DNA from: Selaginella moellendorffii
Taxonomy: Eukaryota > Plantae > Lycopodiophyta
DNA: 64,000 nucleotides
Reading direction: 5' to 3'
NCBI RefSeq assembly: GCF_000143415.4
Contig: NW_003314302.1
Coordinates: forward strand, 472,707-536,706
In this document: piece by piece, positions 23,616-35,151 of the stretch
Layout: each line of letters starts with the position of its first letter
How positions within the stretch are numbered: the stretch's first letter is position 1
Translations under genes and position numbers: made by a program
The notes under the pieces: generated by a model
What the model saw: only the letters and a program-made list of their open reading frames with translations
Database searches by the model: none
What the model was told of the DNA's origin: nothing

Positions 23616-26189
23616 GTGGGCGATCGCGCTGGAATGAGGCGCTTCTCGCGGCCCGGGAAGCATCTTGGCGCGTTTGTGCTCTACATTTCTCCGAGAAATC
23701 TTCTGGAGGTGCTAGCTAGCAGGAGATTTCATCGCTGGGAACCGCGAGGTGAGCAGCATTTCGATCCACAAGAATATTTTCTTAGTGTTCCTGCCCCTCC
23801 AGGAGGCCGCGGCATCGCCTCCTGTGCCGCCGGCGCGGATCTAAGCAACCAGGCGCTTGATCTCCTCGACACCACCGATTGCTTCGCCTTGATCCGGCTT
23901 CTCCAATCGTGCACGGATGAGAAATCTGGGAAGCGAATCCACGCGCGAATAGTTTCCAGGGGTCTAGAACAGGATCCTCTTCTCGCCTGCCCCATCGTCC
24001 AAATGTATCTCCGGTGTGGGAGCTTGACAGAGGCCGAGAGAGTCTTCCAGCGCCTGGCTCACCGCGGAGTCGTCCTGTGGACTTTGATGATGGCGAGCTA
24101 CTCGTCCCGGGGGAAAGATCGAATGGTTCTACTGCTCTTCCGGCAAATGCAGCTAGAGGGCGTCAGGCCTGATCGAGCTGCGCTCCTCACGGTCCTAAAC
24201 GCGTTCCAGGGGCCGGAGTTTCTCGTCGAGGCAAGAGCTCTCCACCATCTTTGCTCGAGCTCTGGTAACGTTTTGGATCTGGTTCTCACCAATGCTCTAA
24301 TCTGTGTGTATGGCAGGTGCCGCAGCATCCCAGACGCTCGCGAGACTTTCGAGGGGATCAAAGCTCGCGACGTTGTGTCGTGGAACTCGATACTTGGTGC
24401 GTATAGCGAGCTCGGGCAAATGCAAGAGGCTCGAATGATCTTTCGGCTCATGCAGCTCGAGGGTGTGAGGCCCGAGAAGGTTACCTGCGTGACGGTGCTC
24501 CATGCCTGCAACGCTTCGCCGGCTCTGGAAGATGGGAAGATCGTTCATCTCTGTTGTCAACAAGGTGGATTCGAGAAGGAGATCATCGTGGCAAACGCTC
24601 TCCTCAACATGTACGCAAAGTGTGAAGCTCCTGGGGAAGCTCAGAAGGTTTTCGACGAGCTGGAGGAGAAAGATATCGTTTCTTGGACGACCATCGTCTC
24701 GGCTTACTCTCTGCAAGGCCAGCACGAGAAGGCTTACGCACTTTTCAAGAGAATGGATCTGGAAGGGGTCCGAGCTGACAGAGTAAGCATTGTAACGCTG
24801 CTCGAGGCCTGCTGCAGCCAAGGAGCTCTAGAAACCGGTAAAGTTTTCCATGATCGAGCTCGCGAATCCGGACTAAACTCCATTCTTATGGTCAGGAACG
24901 CGGTGATCAACATGTATGGGAAATGCGGCAGCCTCCAAGATGCTCGGGAGGTGTTCGACAAGATGGATCACAGGGACGTGATATCCTGGAACACGATCAT
25001 CGGCAGCTACGCTCATTCGGGTCTCTGGAGCCAGTCGGTGGAGCTCTTCTTCCTCATGAAAGACGTGAAACCGGACAACGTGACTCTCATGACGGTCGCC
25101 AACGCAGCCGCGACTTTACAGGATATAACCTCCGGGAAGAAAATTCACGAGAGGATCGTGGAACAGGGACTCGAGTTGGATCCAATACTCGGCACAGGAC
25201 TTGTCAACATGTACGGGAAGTGTGGATACTTGGAAGAAGCTCGGGACTTGTTCGACAGGATTCCAGAGAAGAGGCTGGTCTTGTGGAACTGCTTGCTTTC
25301 GGCTTACGTCCAGTATGAGCAACACGAGGAAGCCGTGAAGTTCTTCAAGACGATGGACATGGAACCGGACAAGATCACGTACATCACAGTGCTAAACGCG
25401 TGTGCGGGGCTTTTATCGCTACGAGAAGGGAAGTCCGTCCACCAGCGAGTAGTCGAGGCCGGGCTCGAGAAAGACGTGTTCGTGGGAACAGCTCTTCTCG
25501 ACATGTACGCAAAGTGTGGGACTCTCCAGCAAGCTTTCGACGTCTTTGAGTCGCTGCCGCTGCGAAACAACATCACCTGGAACAGCATGGTGGCAGCGTT
25601 CGCGCAGCACGGGCGATCGATCGAGGCCGTGACACTCTTCCGAGAGATGCTCCAGGAAGACATCCCAGTGGACAAAGTAACTTTCGTCAACGCTCTCGCG
25701 GCTTGCAGCCACGGAGGCCTCACCGAAGAAGCGGCGCAGTACTTCACGTCGCTCGTGGTGGATTTCGAGCTCCAGCCGAGCGTGGAACACTACGGCTGCA
25801 TGGTGGATCTTCTGGGACGACTCGGCTGGCTCGAGGAGGCGGAGAAGTTCATAGCAGGGATGCCAGTTCCAGCAAACTCGGTGATCCTGGCAACGTTCCT
25901 AGCGGCATGCCGAATGCACGGAGATATCGCGCGAGCTAAACGAGTTGTCGAGAAGGCGGTGGGTTTAAATCCAGGCTCGAGCTCGTCGTCCTACGTTGCC
26001 TCCTCTTTCGTAGCACTGTCGAGCATCTACGCCGAGGGTGGAGAATTTGAGGACGCAGCGAGCTCGAGAAAGAGGAACAGGGACAGGAGCTCGAGAGGAT
26101 GGAGAGAGGTGGGGGATGAAGTGTGCGAGCTTGAATCGGGCGAGAAGATCCACCAGGAGCTCCAGAGGATGGATCGAGGCGGGGGATGA
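23616..26189 (+). CDS. PLS-E class pentatricopeptide repeat protein (likely organellar RNA-editing factor); start codon uncertain
   Basis: 857-aa intronless ORF with many P-L-S triplets, then HYGCMVDLLGRLG...ATFLAACRMHGD...FVALSSIYA (E domain). No DYW domain. Confidence 0.95.
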   Translation: MGDRAGMRRFSRPGKHLGAFVLYISPRNLLEVLASRRFHRWEPRGEQHFDPQEYFLSVPAPPGGRGIASCAAGADLSNQALDLLDTTDCFALIRLLQSCTDEKSGKRIHARIVSRGLEQDPLLACPIVQMYLRCGSLTEAERVFQRLAHRGVVLWTLMMASYSSRGKDRMVLLLFRQMQLEGVRPDRAALLTVLNAFQGPEFLVEARALHHLCSSSGNVLDLVLTNALICVYGRCRSIPDARETFEGIKARDVVSWNSILGAYSELGQMQEARMIFRLMQLEGVRPEKVTCVTVLHACNASPALEDGKIVHLCCQQGGFEKEIIVANALLNMYAKCEAPGEAQKVFDELEEKDIVSWTTIVSAYSLQGQHEKAYALFKRMDLEGVRADRVSIVTLLEACCSQGALETGKVFHDRARESGLNSILMVRNAVINMYGKCGSLQDAREVFDKMDHRDVISWNTIIGSYAHSGLWSQSVELFFLMKDVKPDNVTLMTVANAAATLQDITSGKKIHERIVEQGLELDPILGTGLVNMYGKCGYLEEARDLFDRIPEKRLVLWNCLLSAYVQYEQHEEAVKFFKTMDMEPDKITYITVLNACAGLLSLREGKSVHQRVVEAGLEKDVFVGTALLDMYAKCGTLQQAFDVFESLPLRNNITWNSMVAAFAQHGRSIEAVTLFREMLQEDIPVDKVTFVNALAACSHGGLTEEAAQYFTSLVVDFELQPSVEHYGCMVDLLGRLGWLEEAEKFIAGMPVPANSVILATFLAACRMHGDIARAKRVVEKAVGLNPGSSSSSYVASSFVALSSIYAEGGEFEDAASSRKRNRDRSSRGWREVGDEVCELESGEKIHQELQRMDRGGG

Positions 26190-26350
26190 AGCTGTCAAGT
26201 TTGAATCGAGAAGGAGGAGCTCGAGAGGATGGATCGAGGTGGGGGGACGAAGCTGGCAATTTTGAATCGAGCGAGAGGATCCACCAGGAGCTCGAGAAGA
26301 TTGATCGAATCGAGCGAGAAGATCCACCAAGAGCTCGAGTGGATGAATGA
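26087..26350 (+). repeat. Degenerate tandem repeat (~60-70 bp unit, 3-4 copies) over the PPR stop codon
   Basis: GAGCTC(G/C)AGAGGATGGA...GGGGGA(T/C)GAAG...TTGAATCG...GATCCACCA recurs at ~26088, ~26157, ~26217 and ~26288. Confidence 0.8.
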
Positions 26351-26619
26351 AGACGGGCTCAATGAAGTTGCCAACTAGACTATTTTAAATTTTGAATTTT
26401 GCATATTCGAAAATGGTACGACGAACCCTAAAGCTAGGGTTCGATTCCTTGGTAGGTTCTTAGCTAGGGCTTGGAGGCGATAGATCGATCGATCGCGCGA
26501 CTAGGAGCTCGGCTGCGACTAGGAGGCGTTGTCAATCTCTGGTTTGCCGCGAGGTACCGGCTTGGTGGATCTCTTTCTCTGGATTTCTGTCCCAGGCATT
26601 GTGATTCTCTACCACTACC

Positions 26620-28677
26620 ATGGGGGATCGCCACGGCGGCTACGATCTCAGGCGGGCGCCGCCACACGAGCGCCTGGACAAGCGCGATGGTCGGATCGGG
26701 GGTTTCCGGAATCACAGCGAGTGGGATAGAGGAGAGAGGAGCAACGGCAGGGAAAGGGATCTGGAGAGAGGCGGCGGGGACAGAGACAAGGAGCCGCGGC
26801 GAGGGTTGAGTAGTCTCATCGTCAAGGGCGGATCCAGCTCCGCAGAGATTGGCCATGGTTTCCAGGGATCTATGCCTCACCATCACGCCCGGAATGGCTT
26901 GCCACACTATGAGCCGCGGGAGGAGAGAGTCCGTTCTTCAGGTTTGCTTCTTCTTCTTCACTGGTAGCTTCATCTTCTTCATGGGTGGAAAGGGAAAAAA
27001 AGAAAGAAAGAAAGCATAGCAGTCTTGGAAGGAAGAATGGATGCCTGGTAATTTGCATATAGGTGGTCGCGATTTCTCTAGTCCTTTGCATTGGCCGCCA
27101 CTCTTTTCTCTCGAGTCTGGGTCACTTTGGCTTGGAGCTTGCATAGCCTGAGAGAAGATCTGGAGAAAAAGAGAAACTAGATTGGGTTTTCACGGCACAA
27201 CTCTGGTGGCTCAAGCTTCCAAGCGTCGTCTCTCTCGTCGGTCGTCTTGCCTGGGGTGGTGGTGGTGGTGGTGATGGTGGTGGTGGTGGTGGTGGTGGTG
27301 GTGGTGGTGGTGTCTGTGCTATAAACACACATATCTTTTGGTTGAGAAGAGTGTCCGGGGCTCAGCAATGTCTACTGCAGGATTCGGTGACGCGGTTTAC
27401 ATCTCCAATCTCCCAGACGATGCCAGGGAGGGGTCCGTGGCAATGTTACTCGGAGAAGGTGCTGGGGTGAAGGTACTAGTCAATGTGGTTTTGGTGTGCT
27501 GCTCATGGTTTCAGATTCCTCCTCTCACCGGTGAATGCTCTCGCTATCACAGATCGACCACAGATCCAGGCTCCCCATGATCAAGATATATGAAAACAAG
27601 GATACAGGATCCAAGGAAGCAGAGGTGGTGGTAGAGAATATGCATGCGGTGGACGCAGTGATTAAGCACTTCCATGGTATACTCACGAAGCTCTTGTGTG
27701 GAGGGAAGTTTAGCTAGATGATAACCAACGTTTTTCTCATGCTCGCCAGGCTACAGCTTTAGAGGGCGGAAGCTTCACGTATCCGCTGGTCTGCACCGGG
27801 GCCAGGCGGCCAGCCCGGTTTCTCGTCACAGGCGGTCGGATCACTACGTAGAGCACGATGGTTTCCGCGGTGGCGGCGGTGGCGGCGGTGGTGGTGGAAG
27901 AACAAGTCCTCGGGGGTACCGTGACAGTAGAGCTCGAGGTCGTCCGGTCGATCTTCCGCCGTTTGATCGCCCCGGCGGCCATCGCTCGCCGCCTTACAGG
28001 AGGGAATTGGACGGGCCTCCTAGGAACAATCCGAATATCGTGCCAAGAGAGGGCGACTGGATTTGCTCGGAGCCAACGTAAGCAAGCTGGTTTTTTCTTT
28101 TCCATTGTGTTCTACTTTTTGCTCCCTCGACTCACAGTGGTTTTTTGTTTTCTTTTTCTCTTCCAGGTGTGGGAATCTCAACTTTGCTCGTCGATCTAAC
28201 TGTAACAGCTGCCAGAGGCCTCGCCACCCTTTTGCGATGGAGCCGCCTCCGCCGCGGGGATTTCACGACGCTCTACCGCCTCCCAGCGTCCTCGGCCCGC
28301 CTCCCATGTCCAGAGGTATGATCGACTTGGGACCTCCTCCGCAGGTCTGGGACCGCATGATGCCGCGGGGATTTCACGACAGGATGCCACCCATGGACGC
28401 CAGGTTCATGGAGCAGCATCCCCCGGAGAGGGGAGGATTCCGGGAGAGAGATGTTGGCATCCACGATATGAACGGTGGTGGTGGTGGTGGGGGTCATGGT
28501 GGTCATCACAGGGATCGAAGGCCGCCTTCTCCGGGGGAGAGTAGAATGGACAGGGAGTTTGATGATCGCTATAGCCGGAGGCCTCACTCTCGTCCCAGGT
28601 GGGAGGCCGACTTGAAAGTCCGGGACCGTGGGATTCACAAGCGCCAGTCTTCTCCGAGGGGTGGCAGGAAGGTGTGA
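26620..28677 (+). CDS. FET/TAF15-like RNA-binding protein (RRM + RGG + RanBP2-type zinc finger), multi-exon
   Basis: RRM exons DAVYISNLPDD... and IKIYENKDTG..., RGG-rich exon (DGFRGGGGGGGGGGR), zinc finger [30 protein letters not shown], and an R/D/P-rich tail. Confidence 0.85.
27255..27311 (+). repeat. (GGT)n microsatellite in the long first intron of the FET-like gene
   Basis: About 19 GGT units with one GAT interruption. Confidence 0.95.
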
Positions 28678-29008
28678 GCAGTGAGATCGATATGGCTGTG
28701 AAGAGATTGAGAAGAAGAAGAGTCTCTATTGGTAAGGTTTGCAAAAGTTTGGTTGCTTTATTTTCTTAGTTCCTTGTTTTTCTCTTTGCTATAGATTGTT
28801 AACATGAGCACTTACAGACTGTATTTGCAATTAATATTTTGTGAAGTCCCTTAGTATTATTTTGCCTTTAAAATCGGATTTGGACACATTGGTAGTATTA
28901 TTTTTGCCTTAACAAAATCACATTAATTTGGACTAGTTGTCTAACTAGAAACATACCAACCTCAGTGTGATGGCTACAAAACTATTAGAATGTATAAGCA
29001 GCTTAGAT

Positions 29009-30481
29009 TTAAGCTACACACTCGCCACCTTCCTTCTCTTCTTCAGAACTTGTTCCTTCCTCTCCTTCAGACGAAGAAGAAGCATCTTCACTTGATTCCG
29101 TGGAAGACCCACTGTCTTCTTCTTGTGCTTTAGCTTCTTCCCTTGACGAAGAAGAGCCTGATGAAGCAGCAGAAGAAGCCGATGACGAAGAGCGCGACGA
29201 TTTACTCCAAGGCTGGATGATGCTACAGACGACTTGCTCCGCAGGATCTATCATCCCCAGTCCCTGCAACCTCGTGCAAAAGCTCCGCAATGCAGCCTGC
29301 ACCTTATCCACGCCACCCACGTTGTTACCAAGCCTTTGCTGCTCAAAAATGAGCTGAGGAGATTCTTGTGTTGTCAAGTGCTCGGCCAGCTCCGGCGCTC
29401 CTCCCTGGATCAGCTGCTGCTTGAAAAACTCACACATCTCATCTTCATCAGGATCGTCATACCAATAGTAGTCCGGCATGTAGAAACCAGCGGCAAGGCT
29501 GTGGATCGTCGCAGTCTTGGCACCATCCCAGTCGAGAATGCTGGTGACATGCCCGGAATCTGGATCGAGCAGAACTTGCGGGAGCCCAAACTCGGGATGA
29601 ACAAGGTAGAACTTGTTGTCATTCTTCCCAAGATCTTGGAACTTGATGTCATTCTTCCCAAGAGCTTGGAACTTGTTGTCACTCTTGCGAAGGTCTTGGA
29701 ACTTATTGTCATTCTCCACAGGATCTTGGAACTTGTTCACGAGCCAATCCAGCACGAGCTTGGCATTGGCTCTGATGGATTTGCCGTGCTTGGGATCATC
29801 CCCGTAGAGCAACACGAAGCCCTCGATCTGGTTCCTTGCGTATTCCGTCCACGACGAGTAAGGCCCGGGGCTGAGCTCGCCAACTTCGATGCCGCGCTCC
29901 ATTGCCAAGCTCACGGCACCTTGCAGCATTCTCCCCACGCACGGAGAGCCGTCGGATGAGGAGACCTCCATGCTGCCCAGCGAATCCAACGGGTGGCGAT
30001 AGAGCTGGAGCGTGACCATGGCGAGGTCAGCCAGCACGGCCTTCTTCCACGCCAGCGTGGCGTCTTTGCTCCACACATTGTAGGCGGGGACCCCCTCGGC
30101 GACGCCCATGACAGCGAAGTGGGATCCGCCACGTGGCAAGTAGGGCAGAGGTGGCCGTGCCACGTAGACAGGCCCTGCGACCACGGCGGGAAGATCCAGC
30201 CTCGCGAGGAAGAGCGTCGCGGCGTAGCCCGAGATTGCGAGCGGCAGTGGCACCCGGAGCTCGCCTGGGAGCCCGATTCGAATGGCGACGCGGCGTGGCT
30301 GCTCATCCTCTTGATGATCCAGCAGTAGGGCCTCGATCACGAGGTTGAAAGATCCACAGCCGAGGATTTTCTGGAAGCGGACCTTGCAGCCCAGCGTCCT
30401 GGCGATGATCCTTTGCAACCAGCTCGGGAAGCAGCGAAAACGCTGGAACACTGTGCGCCGGAGCTTAGCCACTTCCGCCAT
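29009..30481 (-). CDS. Aminoglycoside-phosphotransferase (APH)/protein-kinase-like fold protein, intronless, with internal 10-aa repeats and Ser/Glu-rich tail
   Basis: GCGSFNLV glycine loop, VAIRI, GPYSSWTEY, then FYLVHPEFGLPQVLLD...VTSILDWDGA in place of the APH HxDxxxxN / IIDWE motifs. Confidence 0.8.
   Translation of the reverse strand: MAEVAKLRRTVFQRFRCFPSWLQRIIARTLGCKVRFQKILGCGSFNLVIEALLLDHQEDEQPRRVAIRIGLPGELRVPLPLAISGYAATLFLARLDLPAVVAGPVYVARPPLPYLPRGGSHFAVMGVAEGVPAYNVWSKDATLAWKKAVLADLAMVTLQLYRHPLDSLGSMEVSSSDGSPCVGRMLQGAVSLAMERGIEVGELSPGPYSSWTEYARNQIEGFVLLYGDDPKHGKSIRANAKLVLDWLVNKFQDPVENDNKFQDLRKSDNKFQALGKNDIKFQDLGKNDNKFYLVHPEFGLPQVLLDPDSGHVTSILDWDGAKTATIHSLAAGFYMPDYYWYDDPDEDEMCEFFKQQLIQGGAPELAEHLTTQESPQLIFEQQRLGNNVGGVDKVQAALRSFCTRLQGLGMIDPAEQVVCSIIQPWSKSSRSSSSASSAASSGSSSSREEAKAQEEDSGSSTESSEDASSSSEGEEGTSSEEEKEGGECVA
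29610..29737 (-). repeat. In-frame 30-bp tandem repeat (4 copies) encoding NKFQDLGKND-like units
   Basis: aacttgttgtcattcttcccaagatcttgg-type units at 29610, 29640, 29670 and 29700. Confidence 0.95.
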
Positions 30482-31332
30482 AGCTGGACGCCCTAATTCC
30501 TGGGAAGTGGACGGCCGAGATTAGTCCAATTCAACGGTGAGGATGTTAAGCGGGATATTTGAATGATGATTAGCTTAGTACTAATTAACTTTAAGGTTAG
30601 CGACGAGCGATACCACCACGATCAAAATCACGATGTGAATTCTCGCTCCTTTTATGGAAGCCGAGAAAGCATCTCTCGCGAGCACGCGATCGTCCCTCTT
30701 AGCGACACGATCGCCTCTCAAACTTGCCGAAAGTTTCGGCTGCCTCAATTGCTTGCAGATCGAAATGCCGGATTTGGAGCCGCGACCACACCTCGTCGTG
30801 GCAGTCGAGCTTACTGGCTTCGACCATGCTAAGTTTCTTGTCGCAAAAGCTCCTAAGAAAAGGCTCAAATATGTACTGACTATGAAACACGTACCTTCTC
30901 ATCCTACATGGAGAACAAATGGCGCTTCACCGTGCGCAGTGTTTGCTCTTTTTGACCTCCAAGCTCCCGGATGACCGTGTTGAAGAACAGTGCCTGGGAG
31001 AGAGAGTGGGTCGGCTATTGATGTTAGCAATGCTGGAACTGTTTGACATCAATCACCAGCATCTACTTGCTTACCAGTTTCGCTGGCTTTGATACCCGAG
31101 GCTGTCGCCAGCTACAAATCTTTTCGAGACTGCAGGCCAGCAGCCGGGGATTTCGTCGAGAAAACTTGCTCGATGAGGTTTCCTTGTTCTCTCCGAAAAG
31201 TATCGCCCCAAGGCTACAGCTTTTGTGTTGATCAAAGGAAGGCTAGATTGGAGCGAATGCTGCTGAGCTGACCACAGGAGGAAAATTTAGATCGAGGCAG
31301 CAAGAGAAAGCAAAGGTTTCTTTCATTGCAAA

Positions 31333-32337
31333 ATGGATACTCACTTGTCTTTCTACAAGGCTGAGCCTGCCACCGAAGTAGGAATGTTTCTCGACATGGA
31401 TAGCATAGCAGAAAATATGAGCATGGATCCTGCATTGAATCATAACGACGAAGAAAGTAAAGCCAAGGTAGAATCTAGCACTCACTTGAATTCTCAGGAA
31501 AAGGCTCAGCATTCCCCCTCCAAGGCTGCCAAGGACGAGGTAGTCGATCACAGGCCCTGGATTCTTGACACAGCATCCAGCATGAGTAGCACTACCACTG
31601 ACGAAGTGGATTTGATGTCGGATCTAGATTCTTTACTCCTCTCGAGGGCGCAATCTGTTTCACAATCTCTGCCTCTACATCTGGTCCACAGAAGCACGAG
31701 CTTGAACTCGTTAGGACAACTCCTTTCAGGAATTGGACATAGCGTACCTTGCACACAAAATGCCCCTCTTGACTCCTCAACGTTGAGAAAACCATCTTTG
31801 CTAGGAAGAACACCTTCTTTGCCAAACTTGGCAGGAATTACTGCAGCAACTGATGATGTAAGTTTAAATCATGAGAATGATAAGCTGATCTTACTTTTCC
31901 GTGTTGCAGAGTACTGATAACAGCCCGTCGAACAGCCCTTGCAACAGTGGCGGATCGAAGGCTTCCCAAGAGAAAGCAAACAAATATACTCCTGAGGAAA
32001 GAAAAGCAAAATTAGAGCGATACAGGCAGAAACGGTCAGAACGAAATTTTCAAAAGAAAATTAAGGTACAAACGAACTCCACAAGAACCACTACTTACTT
32101 ACGCTTGTACTATTTAGTATGCATGTCGGAAAACGCTAGCAGACAGTCGGCCTCGAGTACGAGGAAGATTTGCCAAGAATGACGACGTCGCACAACACGA
32201 GAATCTAAAAGCAGAAAGCCATGAAGTAAGTATCCTCCTTTTAAATACAAAAAAAAAAAAAAAAAAAACGAAAACACTTTCAGGAGATCGGAATAAGGAG
32301 AACGACCAGTTGCACATACCTTACCTTTCCGTATTGA
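31333..32337 (+). CDS. CCT-motif family protein (no B-box visible); 5' end uncertain
   Basis: Spliced YTPEERKAKLERYRQKRSERNFQKKIK|YACRKTLADSRPRVRGRFAKND. Confidence 0.9.
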
Positions 32338-32547
32338 AGATATCTCCACTTCCAAACTGCAAGGAGAATAAACGAATTAGAAACACACATACCTGATCAA
32401 AGAAATGTGTCCATTTTAAATGAACGACACTGAACGACACTAAACGACACGCTTAGTTTGTCTTCCTCAAACTGCCGGGTACAGTGTAGCAATCCCTCCT
32501 AACCCTGGACGAAAAAAACCCAAAGTTGCGATACGAGGGAGTAAGCC

Positions 32548-35151
32548 TCAAGCGGTCCTGTTCTTATTCACATATGCTAAGAACCCCGTGGGCCGGGGAG
32601 CTGACTGCACCCGTAGTGATCGTCGTATGTTGGCTTCTTCTAGAGCTATTCTCTGAGCTACATCCTTGGACCGTTTCTGCATCGAAGTACTGAAATGGAA
32701 AGCTCTTAGCCATAAAAAAACTAAACAGCAAACCATATACCTGATTCTAGTGTAAGTGCTCTCTATTTGGTCCCGCAAAGCTTTCTCCCTTGCTCCTTTC
32801 GGGTTCAAAGATTCCTGCAATTCATCGAGCTGCTTTGCCCAGGTCAGCGAACTGACAATCCAAGCTTGACTCAAACACTTACTTCCTTCTTTGAACTGTA
32901 GAAAGACCAGCTGTTTGCGTCTTCACTTTCGACAAAAATGCGTCCCTCCCTATGAAAAAACCAGTATCTATTGTAGTTGCGGTCCCTCCCTAGCGGGCTC
33001 ATCCGAATGGTGCATTTCTCGAGTTCACGATCGAGATGCTCCTGAAGTTTGATAGACAAGATAATAAGCGAACAAAATAAAAAACCACACGTACCAGTCT
33101 TTTCTGGAGCTCAGACTCAGCCCTTTCTTTTTCCGTTTGTGGCTCCCTTTCATCGTGAAGTTCGACTCTGTTACACCTAAACAACGTCTGCCTCGAGCTA
33201 TTGAAGAACAAACAACGTGCGCTGTATTCCCTGTCAACACACCCCCGTCAATAAAACACAAAGAGAAAGAAGGAAAATTTTAACCTCTTGACGCCATTTG
33301 CATCAGCGTTACCATTCCGTTTCCGTTTTCCTTTTTTCAGCCACCCGATTAAGCATCCATTTTCGTGCAGGCACTCTTTGGGCTTGCACTCTGAAACATC
33401 TTCAGTGCAGCCATTTTCCAGACTCTCGGTTGCTTTAGCTTTTTCCATAAACCTTGAGCCCTTTCTCATGGATATCGGGAGGCCTTCGCCACGTCTTTGA
33501 GCGGAAAGACTCTCGAACTCTTCAATGTTCTCGTCCAGGTGACTGCGAATCGCGGTGGTGTTGATGGCTCTCTCAATTAGCTCCTCGAATATCTCCAGTT
33601 TGGACAAGACAGGTAGCCTAGAGTAGCAGTCTGTCCGAATTGTCGACAGGTAAGGTTTCAACTTTTGAGGCCCTTCGAGCTCCAAATAGTCGCAAACATC
33701 ATCCTTCCATGTATCTATAGAAAGCTGCATGGCATCGAGTAAGAAAGATCAACGAATGAAAGAAGGTACTTACTATTACTTTCCGTTTTCTACGTTGGGC
33801 AAGTCGCTGCTTAACCCCCTGCTCGCCAAGGACAACGCGAAAAACGGCAAAATACGCCTCCGATAAGAGCGAGGATTCGCCATCCGTATAAAGTAGTGCC
33901 TTCTCCAAATCGTACAACGAAAACTGCGACAGCTGTAACAATGTGCTAAATGAGTTGCAAAAGTCCCACACCATCAACGTAGCGCCGATACACTCAGCTT
34001 CGAGCGGAAAATCTGTGGAAGGCACAGGCCGTTCCGGTAAGGGAGGATCATCCGGGTTTGGCTCAAGGAGATTATCATCCATGAGATCTTCGGAGGGTGA
34101 CGAATAGCCTGGCCAGAAACAACCATCCATTCAGAGACTGATACAACTTCTAGAGATATGACGGCTTACCATCGTACTTTTTCTTTGATCTACCACTCGA
34201 TCCGCAATCCCTGTATTTCTTGCTGCGCTTTCGAGCTGTATACTCAACATCGGCATCTTGCAAACTTTCGTCCTGGAAAGGCAGTAAGAAGACAGAAAGA
34301 AACATCACGCACTTACAAAGTAAGATTGGTTGACTTGTCTTTGAGTCGGATCGAGTCTAGTGTGCAACTGCTTCTCCTCTTTCGGTGGATCAAAAGGTAT
34401 TTTGAACTTCCTAGCCAGCTTGTCCCGCACCAACCAAGGCATGTCCAGCGTTACTTCTCCATAAGCTGACTCCTGAATAAACTTCTTCAACGCTTCTTTT
34501 GTAAACGGTAGCTTTCTCTTCATCAAGTTGATAGGATCCTCCACAGCCTTCTCGGTAATCTGCCCTTCTCCATCGAGCCAGCCGACTTCGTACTTTAAAG
34601 CCTTTGTACCATTCTCTCCATCTTGTTCAGAGACGTCAAGTATCCTGCACTTCCGTCTCGCATCGTCGGCAATGCTTGGGATTTCCTCCCCAGGAACAAA
34701 TCTATCGCTGAGAGTCGTAAAAACGTGGTCAACGAGCTCATCGGTCTCAAGCTCACCTGGCAGAAATAGGACAATATGTTACAGAACAAAATTCCAAGTC
34801 GATCACTTACTAAATTGGACCAGGTGTAGAACTGGTCCCATGAAATCTTTCGGAAACTCGGCCTTTTGAGCTGCTCGACACTCCGAAACCAATGCCTTCT
34901 CGTAAGTGAGACCTTCCCGACGAGTAGCTTTGCACGTCCATATCTTTTGCCGATAGAGATTCATGCGTCTCACATACTCGCTGCATTAAAACATCAAGGA
35001 GCTCAAACCGAGAACTATGAAAGAAAGAATGCACATACTCATAGTCCCGGAAAATCTCCTTCGTGAACCGGACCTGGAACACCATCTCGTCGGGCGACAA
35101 ATCCTCTGGCGTCTCAGCCAGCAAGAAAACTTCCTGCCTCAGTAGCGGCAT
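32548..35151 (-). CDS. WAC-DDT-WHIM/WSD chromatin protein (ISWI partner, DDW1/ACF1-like), multi-exon
   Basis: WAC start MPLL...VFQVRFTKEIFRDYE, DDT (IGATLMVWDFCNSFSTLLQLSQFSL), WSD (PLGRDRNYNRYWFF) and LNPKGAREKAL. Confidence 0.9.

Noticed and set aside
26087-29737. Short repeats at 26.1-26.3 kb and 29.6-29.7 kb considered as CRISPR-like arrays
   Set aside because: They are contiguous degenerate tandem units without unique spacers, inside eukaryotic coding regions, and no cas genes are present.
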